Source: Deltaproteobacteria bacterium (GTDB lineage: Bacteria; Myxococcota; Kuafuiibacteriia; Kuafuiibacteriales; Kuafuiibacteriaceae). Taken from it: a stretch of 64,000 bases of DNA. A program made the translations under genes and the position numbers. Shown one piece after another: positions 28,572 through 38,662 of this stretch (positions are counted from its first letter, which is position 1; every line of letters begins with the position of its first letter). The DNA is taken from NCBI GenBank assembly GCA_040218735.1, contig JAVJQW010000023.1, positions 512,001-576,000 on the forward strand, given 5' to 3'. Under the pieces are notes generated by a model, which saw only the letters and a list, made by a program, of their open reading frames with translations, was not told the DNA's origin and did not search any database.

Positions 28572-29776
28572 CCGGCGCGCCCCTCCTCCTGGTCCTCTCG
28601 GCGAGCCTCGAAGCGCGTCGTATAACCTCCGCTCGGATCGAATCGGTGCTCGCTACTCTTGATGAAATACGTCCCCGAGAAGCGACCACCCACGCCGACG
28701 ATCTGCACACGCCGACCCGCGCGCAGGCGCGGCAATCCGACGGTCGACGCCGAAGCGGTCACCATCTCCCGGTTTCGATCGAGGAGGAGGTTGGTTGCGC
28801 GACGCCGGGCCTCGGCTCGACTGAACACCGGTTCGTGAACCACCTGCTCCTCGCGGGGGTCGCAGTCCATCAGCACCTCATGAAGGTCGCGGTTGATTCG
28901 GATCCGTCGGTCGTCGAGTGAGACCGTCTCCGAGATCTCCCGCTGCCGTCGTCGGTCCCACCCGCGTACCGTGACGGAGCGAACCTGGTTGGCGGTGGTC
29001 AGACTCGGCTTGAAGTCGACGAGTGACTCGCCCCAGGCCAATTCGTAGGTGATGGGTTCCTCGCGGTTCTCGGACGGGCCGAAGTAGAGACGCTGCGGCG
29101 TACCGCGCTCCGCATCCGCTTCCTCGAGGTAGACGACGTAGCCGCGACGACGCGCCCGCGTGAGCAGGAAGTCGATGTCGTACTGATTGTCCTGAACGAC
29201 GTACTCGAGCTCCTCTTCGTCGCGCATCGCGGACTCGTCGATGCGGATCGGAATGGGAAAGCGTCGCTCACGTCGGTCGCGCAGCGTCGCGATGTTTCGT
29301 GCAATCCAGCTATCCTTCTTCGCGGTCCAAGCGGTGGTGTACTGACGCCGTCGAAGTCGATGCAGGGCGTTGAGCCCTCGCACCGTGAGGGTCGGCGCCC
29401 CAGACGAGGGGAACGACGGTTCGAGCGTCGTGAACGTCCCCGAGAGCATCCGAACGAGTTGCCCGGCGTAACCCAGCCAAAGGTCGACCGTCTTGTTGCA
29501 GGGATCGAACAGCTCGAAGCGTGCACGTTCGGCGGCCCCGAGAGACGAACGATCGCGCGGCTCGCTACCGATGTACTTGAACTGATTGAGTCGGTCGTCC
29601 CAGTTGTTCACCGTGAGGTCGAAGCTGTCGATCTCCTCGATGCTGTCGCGATACGTGACGCTGATGACGTCCCGGAGCACATCACTGGGGAGCCCGGCGC
29701 CTTCGATTCGAACCTCGAAGGCAGGAACGTAGAACCCACCCAGTTCGGGTGAGCGTTCGGCGAGTGTCACACTCAT
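28568..29776 (-). CDS. Phage late control D / gp27-like hub (N-half of split VgrG/Afp8)
   Basis: FYVPAFEV, DSFDLTVNNWD, QDNQYDIDFL, VTVRGWD, GLPRLRAG..GVGGRFSGTYF..H..GYTTRF. ATGA-coupled start at 29776. Confidence 0.88.
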   Translation of the reverse strand: MSVTLAERSPELGGFYVPAFEVRIEGAGLPSDVLRDVISVTYRDSIEEIDSFDLTVNNWDDRLNQFKYIGSEPRDRSSLGAAERARFELFDPCNKTVDLWLGYAGQLVRMLSGTFTTLEPSFPSSGAPTLTVRGLNALHRLRRRQYTTAWTAKKDSWIARNIATLRDRRERRFPIPIRIDESAMRDEEELEYVVQDNQYDIDFLLTRARRRGYVVYLEEADAERGTPQRLYFGPSENREEPITYELAWGESLVDFKPSLTTANQVRSVTVRGWDRRRQREISETVSLDDRRIRINRDLHEVLMDCDPREEQVVHEPVFSRAEARRRATNLLLDRNREMVTASASTVGLPRLRAGRRVQIVGVGGRFSGTYFIKSSEHRFDPSGGYTTRFEARREDQEEGRAG

Positions 29777-30498
29777 CGGCGCCCTCCTCCCCGTCGACCG
29801 CTCGGATCCAGCCGCGGAACGCGAAGCACCGCGCCAACTTCGAGGCGGCGTGGATCGTCGATCCCGTTCTCGATGGCGACCTCGCGCCACTTCGAAGTCC
29901 GACCGTAGTAGCGGTGCGAGATACTCGACAGCCGTTCCCCCGCGCCAACGACGTGAGCGTGGGTCTTGTCCGGTGAGCTCAAACGAAGCTCCGCGAGCTG
30001 CTGTTCGAGCGGACGGTACTCACGCAAGGTGAGGTTGATGCGCGCCCGCAGTGGGACGCCCTCGGGGCTGAACAACGTGAAGCGCTGCGAGAGGCTCTCG
30101 ACGACGCCCGTGAAGTTGTGGCGCGCCTGGTTACCCGATCGCTCGGAGAGGTGGTCACCGGCGAAGTGTGCGTTCCAGATGAACGTGACGATGGGCGGCG
30201 CGTGACGCTCCGGATCGATCTTCGCCAACTCGTAGATTCGGTCCGTCTCCTCGGTCACGGAGCGCGCTCCCCGGCCCGTGCCCTCCTCCGTGGTGTCGAA
30301 GAACAGCTCGACGGTCAGCTTCTCCGCTTGTCCCCGGACGAACTGCTGAAGCGGCGCGTCGATCCCGGGGATCGTGATCTCCGCGAGTTGGACGCTCTTC
30401 TCGAGCGACAGCTCCGTGGGGTTGTACTGCACGGGATAGTTGGTCGTCGCTCCCGACGCCCAACTGGCCCGCAGAACCGCCTTCATCGGCTGCGTCAC
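29773..30498 (-). CDS. CIS tube initiator with LysM domain (Afp7-like)
   Basis: VQYNPTEL..LQQFVRG..LFFDT..PPIVTFIW..FTLFSPEGVPLRA, plus C-terminal LysM (HVVGAGERLSSIS..YG..WREVAIENGI). Confidence 0.9.
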   Translation of the reverse strand: MTQPMKAVLRASWASGATTNYPVQYNPTELSLEKSVQLAEITIPGIDAPLQQFVRGQAEKLTVELFFDTTEEGTGRGARSVTEETDRIYELAKIDPERHAPPIVTFIWNAHFAGDHLSERSGNQARHNFTGVVESLSQRFTLFSPEGVPLRARINLTLREYRPLEQQLAELRLSSPDKTHAHVVGAGERLSSISHRYYGRTSKWREVAIENGIDDPRRLEVGAVLRVPRLDPSGRRGGGRR

Positions 30499-30698
30499 GA
30501 GCGACCCCCCCGGTTTCCGCCACCGTGTCCACGGGTGTCGAGGTCTCGTGCGAGACGTCGTTCCTGGAGGTCGCGATCTTCGATCGTCTGCAGCACCGCC
30601 TCGACGAGGTGACGAATGGTCTCCTCGGAGAGGCCGCGACGGCCGTCGAGCGCGCGCACCCGACTGACGATCTCATGGACGTCGACACGGGTCCTCAC
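30495..30698 (-). CDS. Small eCIS protein (Afp6-like position, 67 aa)
   Basis: GTG start overlaps the tube stop (GTGA). Sequence VDVHEIVSRV..LVEAVLQTIE. Canonical slot between Afp5 and Afp7. Confidence 0.6.
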   Translation of the reverse strand: MRTRVDVHEIVSRVRALDGRRGLSEETIRHLVEAVLQTIEDRDLQERRLARDLDTRGHGGGNRGGRS

Positions 30699-31201
30699 GA
30701 CGTGACCCCCGGGAGCGTGTAGAGCCCTTCGTGAGTGATCTCGATACTCTCGATGGCGACCTGAGATTGCGCAGCGTTGAGCGATGGTCCCGACCATCGA
30801 CGCGGCAACCCACGACGAAACGTCCAGGCGGTGTGAGCTCGGCCGTCCGCGTCCCGCAGCGTGATGACACCGTTCTTTCGACGGCCTCTCCCCTCGACGA
30901 ATCCCTGAAACCAGTCGACGAGGTCACGGTTGGTCGCAATGCCCCGCTTCAGCGTGATCGGGTTCCATTGCACGCGCGTCGGGAACTGCAAAACCGTCCC
31001 GTTCCGCCCCCCCTCTTGGTACTCCTCGAGGTCGAGCGTCATCTCCAGGCCGGTGCACTCCGAGAACCCCGCGCTTGCGCCACCGAGCAGCGCCCCCACC
31101 GAGATCGTCGCGATGCCGCTCCCCGCTGCTGCGGGTGAATCGAGCAGTGTCACCGCGAAGTTGAATCCGGCCACCGGATCGTTGCGCCTTCCGACGGTCA
31201 T
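30695..31201 (-). CDS. Tail tube protein (T4 gp19-like, Afp5-like)
   Basis: DPVAGFNF..GFSECTGL..EYQEGG..ITLKRG..WSGPSLNA..VAIESIEITHEG. Confidence 0.93.
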   Translation of the reverse strand: MTVGRRNDPVAGFNFAVTLLDSPAAAGSGIATISVGALLGGASAGFSECTGLEMTLDLEEYQEGGRNGTVLQFPTRVQWNPITLKRGIATNRDLVDWFQGFVEGRGRRKNGVITLRDADGRAHTAWTFRRGLPRRWSGPSLNAAQSQVAIESIEITHEGLYTLPGVTS

Positions 31202-33072
31202 GCGAAACCTCCGTTTGATTCGCGCTGCTCGGTGATTTCCAGGAGATCGAACGCTCGACCCACGCGAACGACGACCAACTCAGCGGTCATCGTGGGACGA
31301 AACTGCACGCGACAGATGAGCTCACCACGGTCACGTGCCGCGGCGGGCATCGTCTCTTCGTCGCACTTCACGTCGAACGCGGTGTCTGACGTCTCACCGT
31401 CGAACGCACCGCGCTCCCACAACGAGGTCAGGTACGCGCTGACGACGTGGCGTACCTGGCGCCAGGTGTCCGAATGACTCGGCTCGAACGTCGCCCACCG
31501 GGTCAGCGGGTCGAGCGCCCGACGCAGAAGAACGATCAGACGCCGAACGGGCAGCGACCGGTGACGCGGGTCGCTGCTCAGGGTGCGCGCACCCAACACG
31601 CGAACCCCACGGCCCGGCTGAACCCGAATGACGTTGATGCCCTCCGAGTTCAGGAGGCCGTGCTCGGTATCCGCGACTTCGACCGAGGCCCCGATCGTCC
31701 CTTCGAGCCTCAGGTTCGCGGGGGCGCGGTGAGGCCCGGTCTCGAGATCCACCGACGCGATCTGACCAGCGACATGACCGCACGGAGGAATCGGGCGCGA
31801 CGGACGTGTGCCGCTGCGGTCGACGACGTCGAGCCACGGGAAATAGAGCGCCGCCAGGTCCGAGTCGAAGGACCGGCGCCACGCCCGCGCCCCGTCGATG
31901 GCACCCGCGGGCGCCAGCGCGACGCTGATCGGCACGTCGAGAATCGCGATGCGATCCCGACGGCGCTCACAGGACGCGACGAGTACCGTTTGTGCGGTTC
32001 GAATCTCTTCGGCGAGGAAGCGACGCGGTTGTTCGGCGACGGCAGGCTCGGGCCGCGGCAATGCGGCGGCTGGCGCCGGGCACGGAGCGCAAGGGTCGGA
32101 AACCACGGTACGCAGGTCGTACTGAGGCGGGACGCGCGGCACGACCATGAGATCCGGAGCCGCGACCTGCGTGACTTCGTCGATACGTTCGAGCGCCTCG
32201 AACGCGCGCACATAGTCATCGACTCGCAGCAACGACAAACCATCGGCGCCGCCCCGGAGCCGCACCTGCTGCGAGGGCGGGAGCCGCGTCGTGATTGGGG
32301 CCACGGCCTCCACTCGAACGGTCGCGAGGGCGGACCGCGAGAGGTCGCCAACGTACCGGGCAGCCCCTTCCACGGGCGAAAGGTCATCGTAAGTTGCGAT
32401 GAGTCGCCCAAGGTCGCGAACCTGGATGTCGTATCCGAGTACGGTGAGTAGCGCACGTTGATCGTGCGCGATGCCAATGAGCGGACGCTCACCGGCGACA
32501 CCGCGGCCGCGGATGGGATGCATCCAGTGGACGAGACGACGGTCGTGGTCGACGGCGGAGACCACCGCGACGCGCTCCACGACGCCCTGCGTGACGGACA
32601 CGAGCGTTCCCGGTTCGAATCCTACGCTCTGTTCGACGACGGCACGGTTGGGTCGACTCTCGTGGAGCACCGTCTCCGTCTGATGCCGAACCCGCGATCG
32701 AATCGTGACCTCGAGATCGTCGCCGCGCACACCCACGCTCGCGGCCGAGACCTTCCAGACCCGTCCTCCAGCCTCGTCGACCACCCAGCCTTCCGCCGCC
32801 GCAGCGCCTTCACCAGCGACCCGCACGATGTAACAACGGCGACCACCGTTGGCGAAGAACGCGCGCACGACCGACGGTAGATAGGCCGCTGGATGGTCGA
32901 TGCCGAACTGGCTCTCGAAGTGACGGACGGACTCGATGGCCACAGGGACCGCAACGGGGCCCCGCGTCGCGATCCCCACGAACGCCGCGACGTCCGTGCG
33001 TACGCCCGCGAGCGAATGATCGAGCGCATCGGCGCGCTCGAATCGCACGGACGGTGGGGATAGTGAGACCAC
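31198..33072 (-). CDS. Contractile tail sheath protein (624 aa)
   Basis: RTDVAAFVGIATRGP, AFFANGGRRCYIVRV, AALYFPWL, PPCGHVAG, HRAPAN, GARTL and FEP motifs. Confidence 0.9.
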   Translation of the reverse strand: MVSLSPPSVRFERADALDHSLAGVRTDVAAFVGIATRGPVAVPVAIESVRHFESQFGIDHPAAYLPSVVRAFFANGGRRCYIVRVAGEGAAAAEGWVVDEAGGRVWKVSAASVGVRGDDLEVTIRSRVRHQTETVLHESRPNRAVVEQSVGFEPGTLVSVTQGVVERVAVVSAVDHDRRLVHWMHPIRGRGVAGERPLIGIAHDQRALLTVLGYDIQVRDLGRLIATYDDLSPVEGAARYVGDLSRSALATVRVEAVAPITTRLPPSQQVRLRGGADGLSLLRVDDYVRAFEALERIDEVTQVAAPDLMVVPRVPPQYDLRTVVSDPCAPCPAPAAALPRPEPAVAEQPRRFLAEEIRTAQTVLVASCERRRDRIAILDVPISVALAPAGAIDGARAWRRSFDSDLAALYFPWLDVVDRSGTRPSRPIPPCGHVAGQIASVDLETGPHRAPANLRLEGTIGASVEVADTEHGLLNSEGINVIRVQPGRGVRVLGARTLSSDPRHRSLPVRRLIVLLRRALDPLTRWATFEPSHSDTWRQVRHVVSAYLTSLWERGAFDGETSDTAFDVKCDEETMPAAARDRGELICRVQFRPTMTAELVVVRVGRAFDLLEITEQRESNGGFA

Positions 33073-33085
33073 GTCGCGTTCGTCC

Positions 33086-33538
33086 TCACTCGCTGGTCGC
33101 GAGCTCCATCGTTAGACCTTCGTGGCAGAGCTCGATCGTCTCGACGGCGACGTCGTTGCCCGTTGCGTTCAGCGACGGGCCCTCGATCTTGTTCAGCCAC
33201 GCGTTTTCGAAGTTCCAGCGCATGACGGGAACGTGCGCTTCGTTCTTGAGCGTGATGGTCCCGTTGCGACGGTCGTCCAGACCGTTCGCAACGTTCCCGT
33301 ACCAATCCCACATCGTCGTATCGCTGATGTAGCCGCGCTTCAGGGTGATGTTGCTGTACTTACGAAGGCCGACGAGTTTGCGGACCGTATTGGGTCGGTC
33401 CGTCCCTTCGCGGTACTCCACGGGATCACCTTCAGCGGTCAGCCCGCTGACTTCGCTGAACGAACCCACGGTCGTGCCATCGATCTCGACCTCGAAGTTG
33501 TAAGTACGAAAAGGATCTCGTCTCTGATCAGTAGACAT
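33086..33538 (-). CDS. Major tail tube protein (T4 gp19-like, Afp1-like)
   Basis: RRDPFRTYNFEVEIDG..FSEVSGL..EYREG..KYSNITLKRG..RRNGTITL..GPSLNATGNDVAVETIEL. Confidence 0.95.
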   Translation of the reverse strand: MSTDQRRDPFRTYNFEVEIDGTTVGSFSEVSGLTAEGDPVEYREGTDRPNTVRKLVGLRKYSNITLKRGYISDTTMWDWYGNVANGLDDRRNGTITLKNEAHVPVMRWNFENAWLNKIEGPSLNATGNDVAVETIELCHEGLTMELATSE

Positions 33539-33551
33539 TCCGAACTCCTAG

Positions 33552-36500
33552 TTAGGACTCACGATCGGCCGTCCATAGACCGATGCGAATGATGACGTAC
33601 TCGGCGGGCTTGACGATCGCGACGCCGACGTTTGCAACGAGCCGGCCCGCATCGATGTCGGACTGAGTCATGGTCGTGCGATCGCACTTCACGAAGAAGC
33701 CATGCTCCGGTGACGGTCCTTCGAGCGCACCGTTCCGCCACACCACCGTCAAGAAGTTGCGAATGGAACGGCGAACCCGCGCCCAGGTCGGCTCGGAGTT
33801 GGGCTCGAAGACCACCCACTGCAGCCCGCGATCGATCGACTTCTCGAGGAAGATCAGGGTGCGCCGGACATTGACGTACTTGTAGTCCGTGTCGCTCGTG
33901 ATGACGCGTCCGCCCCAGATCCTTATCCCGCGGTTGTTCGGTCGGAAGTCTCGGACCACGTTGATGTTCACGGGCGACGGGTTGAGGATGTCGTGCTCCC
34001 CCCGATCCAACGATCGCGACAGGCCGATGATCCCTCGAACGACCTCGTTCGCCGGCGCCTTGTGCACGCCGCGGTCCTGGTCGGTTCGCGCGTAGACGCC
34101 CATGACGTGACCGCTCGGCGGAATTGCGTAGGGCTCGATGTTGACGACGCTGCTCGGCGTGGGATCCGGGATGAGAAGCCACGGATGGTAGATGGCGGCG
34201 TACCGAGTATCGAACTGTTGCCTCTGGAATCGTACGTCGTTGAGTTGATCGGCCGGGGGCGGCGGACCGTCCAGCACGGCGAAACGATAGCGATCGATCT
34301 CGCAGTGGCTGATCAACGCCTGCTGCACGAGCGGGGTCCGTTGCCCCGGCGCAGCCACGATGCTGATGTCCTGCTCGTTACGAAGGCTGAACAGCCCGGT
34401 GCGCAGTGCGGGCTCGTGATTGTCGAGCCCCACGTACATGGCATCGGTCATCGTCCCCGGCGAGTCGTCACCGTTCGCCAGCGCCAGACGAGCCGGACGC
34501 GACGTACCCGTCGGGAGGAGGTCCCGGAGATTCTCCGGTCCCAAGCGCGTCGAGGTGAGGTCGGCGGGCATGGTCGCAACATCTGCAACGCGGATGTAGG
34601 CCGACTCTCCGGGCGTGCGCCTATCCCAACGACGCAGCTCTTCACCGGGACGAAGCGTGATCGATCCGATGACGTCTACGAAGTATCGGCTGTGCCGTGA
34701 GTCCATCGACAGATGTCGATGCACCTCGGTGTCGAGGACAGTCTCGTCGCGGGTCGGCACCGCGGGATCCGGACGGCGCAGGTACGTCACGATGAGTTGG
34801 AACTCACGTGAGCGCGCTCGAATCGGCGCTCCCGGAGGGGCGCCCGCGAAGGCGGCCGCGTGGGCGACGCCGAGGCCACCGCTGAGGGTGACCGTGCGCG
34901 CCGCACGATCCACGGCCTGCACCTTCAGTAACCCCGCGACGGGAGCGCCGTCGGGCTGAAGGAGCTCCAGGATCGTACCCGGTTCGATACCGGTCACGGT
35001 GGTGAGGTCGATCTGCTGCGTTACGGTGTTCAGCGCCACGAGATCGGCCCGCGAGGCGAGGCCTTCCTCTTCGTCACGAACGCCGATCCGAAGTCGGTCC
35101 CCCCATCGACCTGCGTCGAGCGCCTCGACCGTCATGAGTGGGTCGCGACCGAGCATGGCAGACCCGCGGCCGTGTGAAGCTTCGAGTGTTCTCGTGAGCT
35201 CGATGGTGCCCGCGTTTGCGAACGCCGCCGCTGCGGTCGAGTCCGCGAAGAGGACCCGACCGTCCGGCGTCGTGACCCGAACGATGTCGCCGGCGCCAAG
35301 ACCAGCGACGCCTCCGACGGACAAAGTGGCGGCGTCGGCCCCCTCGTCGAAGAGGAGAGCGGCGACGGCGTGGTTGGCCACTCGGAAGGGCGGCATCAAC
35401 ACCTCGACGGCAGCGGCAGCGTGCGCGTGCTGCAGAGGTGTCATCAGTACGACGTTGCCCGGATCGTTGGGGGCGCTTCGATCCCCCGGGACGTCGAGGA
35501 CGACGACGTACTCCGCGAGCGGACCCACGTCGACCTCGAGAACGTCTCCGGCCCGAAGGTCCTCGCGGTTATCGAGAGGCAAGACACTCGCGCCCGCCGT
35601 CACGTTTCCAACGACGTTCCTCGGGGCACGCGTAATGGGGTTCGTCGCGATGAGTCCCGCGGGGAGCGCGGCAAACTCGAGCTCGTTGGTGAACGGATGG
35701 ACGCGAGTCACCTCGATGGGTGGGTTCGCGCCGAGTCGCAGCATCATCCCCTCGCGAGCGCCCACGACACTCTCGGTCTGAACGCGGTTGCCGATCGGCG
35801 CCGCGGTAATGGTTCGGCTGAACTGAACCACTTCCGCGACCGAGCCTGCTGGGCACGACACGCCGAGCGGAGCATCGAGGGTGACGCTCCCCGGGGTCGC
35901 CCACATGATCCGCTCCGTGCCGATCTCGATGTAGGTTCCCGCGGGGGGTAGCAGAGGGGAGAAGACGATCGGGTCGCCGGGGTTGGCGTCGAGGTCGAGG
36001 TTGATCGGTGCCGTGACGGGCGCGAGCGTGTTGACGACCTCGACGTTCGCTCCGATCGGGTACGGGAGATGGAGTGGCTCGTCGAGCGTGAGTCGAAACT
36101 CGTCGACGACACCGGTCGGGGCAGCGTCGGTCGCGGTCCGGATCTCTTTGCGTCCCGCCGGTCCGACCGCGACGACATCATTCGCCGCGAGCCCAGCGCG
36201 CCGGACGACGATTTCGTTCGCGCCTGCGTCGACCGCCGCTCCGAGGGCGCCGCCCGCGCCCGGCGCGGCGTAGGTTCGAGCCCGAATGGGCGTCCCCGAC
36301 GCGTGAGCCCTCTGAAGCGGGAACATCAAACCCACGTGGCGGGCGGGCCCGGGCGCGCTCGCCACCTGGTGGTACTCCGTGCGGCTCCCGTCGTGGATGC
36401 GGACCCAAGTGTTGGCCGCAGCCGAGGTCGTGTCGGTCACGTACAACAGCGGCGCAAAGCCCGCGGCGCCGGTATCACGCGCCGCCGGCCGGAGTAGCCT

Positions 36501-36854
36501 CGTTTCTACCGCGTCGCCGGTACGGGCGTGCAGCATTCGTCCAGCGTGCCTCGCGTTCTGCGGGAGCACGCGGGTCACGAACATGCGTCGGCCGCGATTC
36601 GTGAAGAAGCCTTCGACGGCGTGCGGCGTGTACGAATGCCGTACGCCGCGAAGATCCACGAAGTCATCCGCGTCGAGCGTTCCCCCGAAGACACGCTGAT
36701 AAGCGGCGTAGCTGGTGACGAGCACCGGGATGTCGACCGGACCGCGCTCGGTCACGCCCACGACACCCGCCGTGCTCGTGCTGACACCCTCGATGGGACG
36801 GTTACCTGTATCGACTTCTTCGACGTAGACGCCGGGGGCCAAGTACTCAGCCAT
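33552..36854 (-). CDS. Contractile tail sheath protein, large (1100 aa) with long internal insertion
   Basis: MAEYLAPGVYVEEVD..GVTERGP. C-terminal YAAIYHPWL, PPSGHVMGVYAR..GVHKAPANE, WVVFEPN, FFVKCD, KPAEYVIIRI. Confidence 0.95.
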   Translation of the reverse strand: MAEYLAPGVYVEEVDTGNRPIEGVSTSTAGVVGVTERGPVDIPVLVTSYAAYQRVFGGTLDADDFVDLRGVRHSYTPHAVEGFFTNRGRRMFVTRVLPQNARHAGRMLHARTGDAVETRLLRPAARDTGAAGFAPLLYVTDTTSAAANTWVRIHDGSRTEYHQVASAPGPARHVGLMFPLQRAHASGTPIRARTYAAPGAGGALGAAVDAGANEIVVRRAGLAANDVVAVGPAGRKEIRTATDAAPTGVVDEFRLTLDEPLHLPYPIGANVEVVNTLAPVTAPINLDLDANPGDPIVFSPLLPPAGTYIEIGTERIMWATPGSVTLDAPLGVSCPAGSVAEVVQFSRTITAAPIGNRVQTESVVGAREGMMLRLGANPPIEVTRVHPFTNELEFAALPAGLIATNPITRAPRNVVGNVTAGASVLPLDNREDLRAGDVLEVDVGPLAEYVVVLDVPGDRSAPNDPGNVVLMTPLQHAHAAAAVEVLMPPFRVANHAVAALLFDEGADAATLSVGGVAGLGAGDIVRVTTPDGRVLFADSTAAAAFANAGTIELTRTLEASHGRGSAMLGRDPLMTVEALDAGRWGDRLRIGVRDEEEGLASRADLVALNTVTQQIDLTTVTGIEPGTILELLQPDGAPVAGLLKVQAVDRAARTVTLSGGLGVAHAAAFAGAPPGAPIRARSREFQLIVTYLRRPDPAVPTRDETVLDTEVHRHLSMDSRHSRYFVDVIGSITLRPGEELRRWDRRTPGESAYIRVADVATMPADLTSTRLGPENLRDLLPTGTSRPARLALANGDDSPGTMTDAMYVGLDNHEPALRTGLFSLRNEQDISIVAAPGQRTPLVQQALISHCEIDRYRFAVLDGPPPPADQLNDVRFQRQQFDTRYAAIYHPWLLIPDPTPSSVVNIEPYAIPPSGHVMGVYARTDQDRGVHKAPANEVVRGIIGLSRSLDRGEHDILNPSPVNINVVRDFRPNNRGIRIWGGRVITSDTDYKYVNVRRTLIFLEKSIDRGLQWVVFEPNSEPTWARVRRSIRNFLTVVWRNGALEGPSPEHGFFVKCDRTTMTQSDIDAGRLVANVGVAIVKPAEYVIIRIGLWTADRES

Positions 36855-36890
36855 GAACGTTACTCCCTCGATCGAGCTCGACGCGCGTCT

Positions 36891-38051
36891 TCACCGCGAC
36901 ACCACGTCGACCCTTTGTTCAGCTCGCCCGTACGCGGGCGTCGTGACGATGTTCAGAGGCCCCGGGAGACTTCCTCCCGAGAAACGAATTGTTAGACGGG
37001 CCACGCGTGAGATCGGCGGGAGCGCGTAGCGCCCACGCATGCTCGTCGTGGCGGAGAAGAGGGACGCGCGCCGGAACTCCGGCGCCGCGGCGCCGCCGAA
37101 GACTTCGATCCACTGGCCGGCGCCCACGCCAGCGACGGCGTCGAGAAACAGGGTGGCGTCACCGGAGTGGACCTCTCTCGTGACCATTCGCGTCGGCACA
37201 CCTGGAGCGAGGCGAGCGGCGGGGCGCGCCACGGTGCCTTCGCGGTGCACGTGGACCAGCGGGTGGTCGAGGCGCACGGTCTGCGGGCCCGCGACGGGAC
37301 CGACGCCCTCGATCGCAGCGACGGTCACGACTTCCTCCCGATCGGGGTGACCCGGTTCGAACACCAGCGGCTCGCCCACGACGACGCCAACGGCGTTCTC
37401 CAAGTCGATGCGCTCCTCGCCGATCTCCGCATCCTCGACGAGCCGCTTGTCGGCGACGGGGTTTGGCGCGAAACCGCGGGGACGAACCTGTGCGCCGACC
37501 GACCGATCCCGAGCGAGCGGTTGATGCAGCGTGATGAGGTTCGGCACGAGAGGAGCCCCCGTCGTGCTCGGCTCGTCCAGCCAGATCTCGGTGACTCGAA
37601 CGCTCGCGCCGACGACAGGGATGTCGCCGACCGGGAGTCGCCGCACGACGATACCGCTGATGCGTACGGGAGCACGGTGGAGGAGTCGGACGCCAAGGTC
37701 GACGGCGTTGAACACCGCCGGGTAGCCGGGGATCGGTCCGAGCGTCGCGGTGAGCTCACGACCGATGTAACCCGAAGCCTCCACCCGTAGGTGCAAGGGC
37801 GCCCCGGCTGCGGCGAGGTCGCCGAATCGGCGGAGCGGCTGCGCGACGAGCCCGATCAACCCATCCGGTCCGAGGCGCGGCGCGACGTCCGGCGTCAGCG
37901 TGGAGAGGCGTAGCGGCGTAGCGGGCTGTCGACCGGTGACCTCGTCGACGATTCGCGTCGTCAAGATTGCCTGGACCGCTGCGCTGCCCGTCGGGAGCGC
38001 GTCCGTGACGAATCGATACCGATCCGTCCCGACCGTCTCGATGCGCGTCAC
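36891..38051 (-). CDS. eCIS accessory protein (beta-rich, carboxypeptidase-regulatory-like segments), 386 aa
   Basis: GTG start coupled to the DUF4255 stop (GTGA). Motifs IVDEVTGR, LRVEASGY, VRISGIV..PVVGASVRV and GRYAL. Confidence 0.7.
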   Translation of the reverse strand: MTRIETVGTDRYRFVTDALPTGSAAVQAILTTRIVDEVTGRQPATPLRLSTLTPDVAPRLGPDGLIGLVAQPLRRFGDLAAAGAPLHLRVEASGYIGRELTATLGPIPGYPAVFNAVDLGVRLLHRAPVRISGIVVRRLPVGDIPVVGASVRVTEIWLDEPSTTGAPLVPNLITLHQPLARDRSVGAQVRPRGFAPNPVADKRLVEDAEIGEERIDLENAVGVVVGEPLVFEPGHPDREEVVTVAAIEGVGPVAGPQTVRLDHPLVHVHREGTVARPAARLAPGVPTRMVTREVHSGDATLFLDAVAGVGAGQWIEVFGGAAAPEFRRASLFSATTSMRGRYALPPISRVARLTIRFSGGSLPGPLNIVTTPAYGRAEQRVDVVSR

Positions 38052-38653
38052 GGGAGTCGCTCCGCGACGCCGGTTTCGACCGAAGCGCTCCGCACGGGCG
38101 GAACGGGTTGGAGCGGGCGATGCGAGTCGACGAGGACGACGCTCACCTCGTAGGAGACGCAGAGTTGGTACGGGCGCTCCAGGGCGTCCCATACACGCGT
38201 GATCTCCTCGACACCGTGGGACTCCAGGCGAACGGTCAGGCGCGCACCCGTCCCCGCGAAGTCGTCGCGCAGCAGCGCGCCCTCGACGATCGGGATGTCG
38301 TGGAACGTTTGGAGCACGCGCCCCATCAATGCTTGCTCCATCTCCACGGCCCGGTTGCCGTCCGCCAACGGCGTGATCAGGTAGTGCAGGCGTAGCGGGA
38401 GCGGTGCGCGTTGCTCGCGATCGAGACCGACGCGTGTCGGTGACATGTTGAGACGCTGTTCGTCGCGGACGATTCGGTAGAGCCACAGTGAGATGCCGGT
38501 GTCGCCCGCGGTCAGCATCTCTTGGGGAGTCGCGAGGTTCACCGTCATCCCACCGCCAGCGACGAAGGACGGAGCGAGCAGCGGCGTGGCTGCGAACTCG
38601 CTTCGGAGGAGCCCCCGCAGCGTCAGACTCGTGGCGCGAAGCGCAGTGAACAC
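38048..38653 (-). CDS. DUF4255 / Afp16-Pvc16 cap (tail terminator) protein
   Basis: ISLWLYRI..N..PLPLRLHYLITP..EQALMGRVLQTFHDIP..RVWDAL..PYQLCVSYEVSVV. Confidence 0.9.
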   Translation of the reverse strand: MFTALRATSLTLRGLLRSEFAATPLLAPSFVAGGGMTVNLATPQEMLTAGDTGISLWLYRIVRDEQRLNMSPTRVGLDREQRAPLPLRLHYLITPLADGNRAVEMEQALMGRVLQTFHDIPIVEGALLRDDFAGTGARLTVRLESHGVEEITRVWDALERPYQLCVSYEVSVVLVDSHRPLQPVPPVRSASVETGVAERLP

Positions 38654-38662
38654 ACGACCTCC

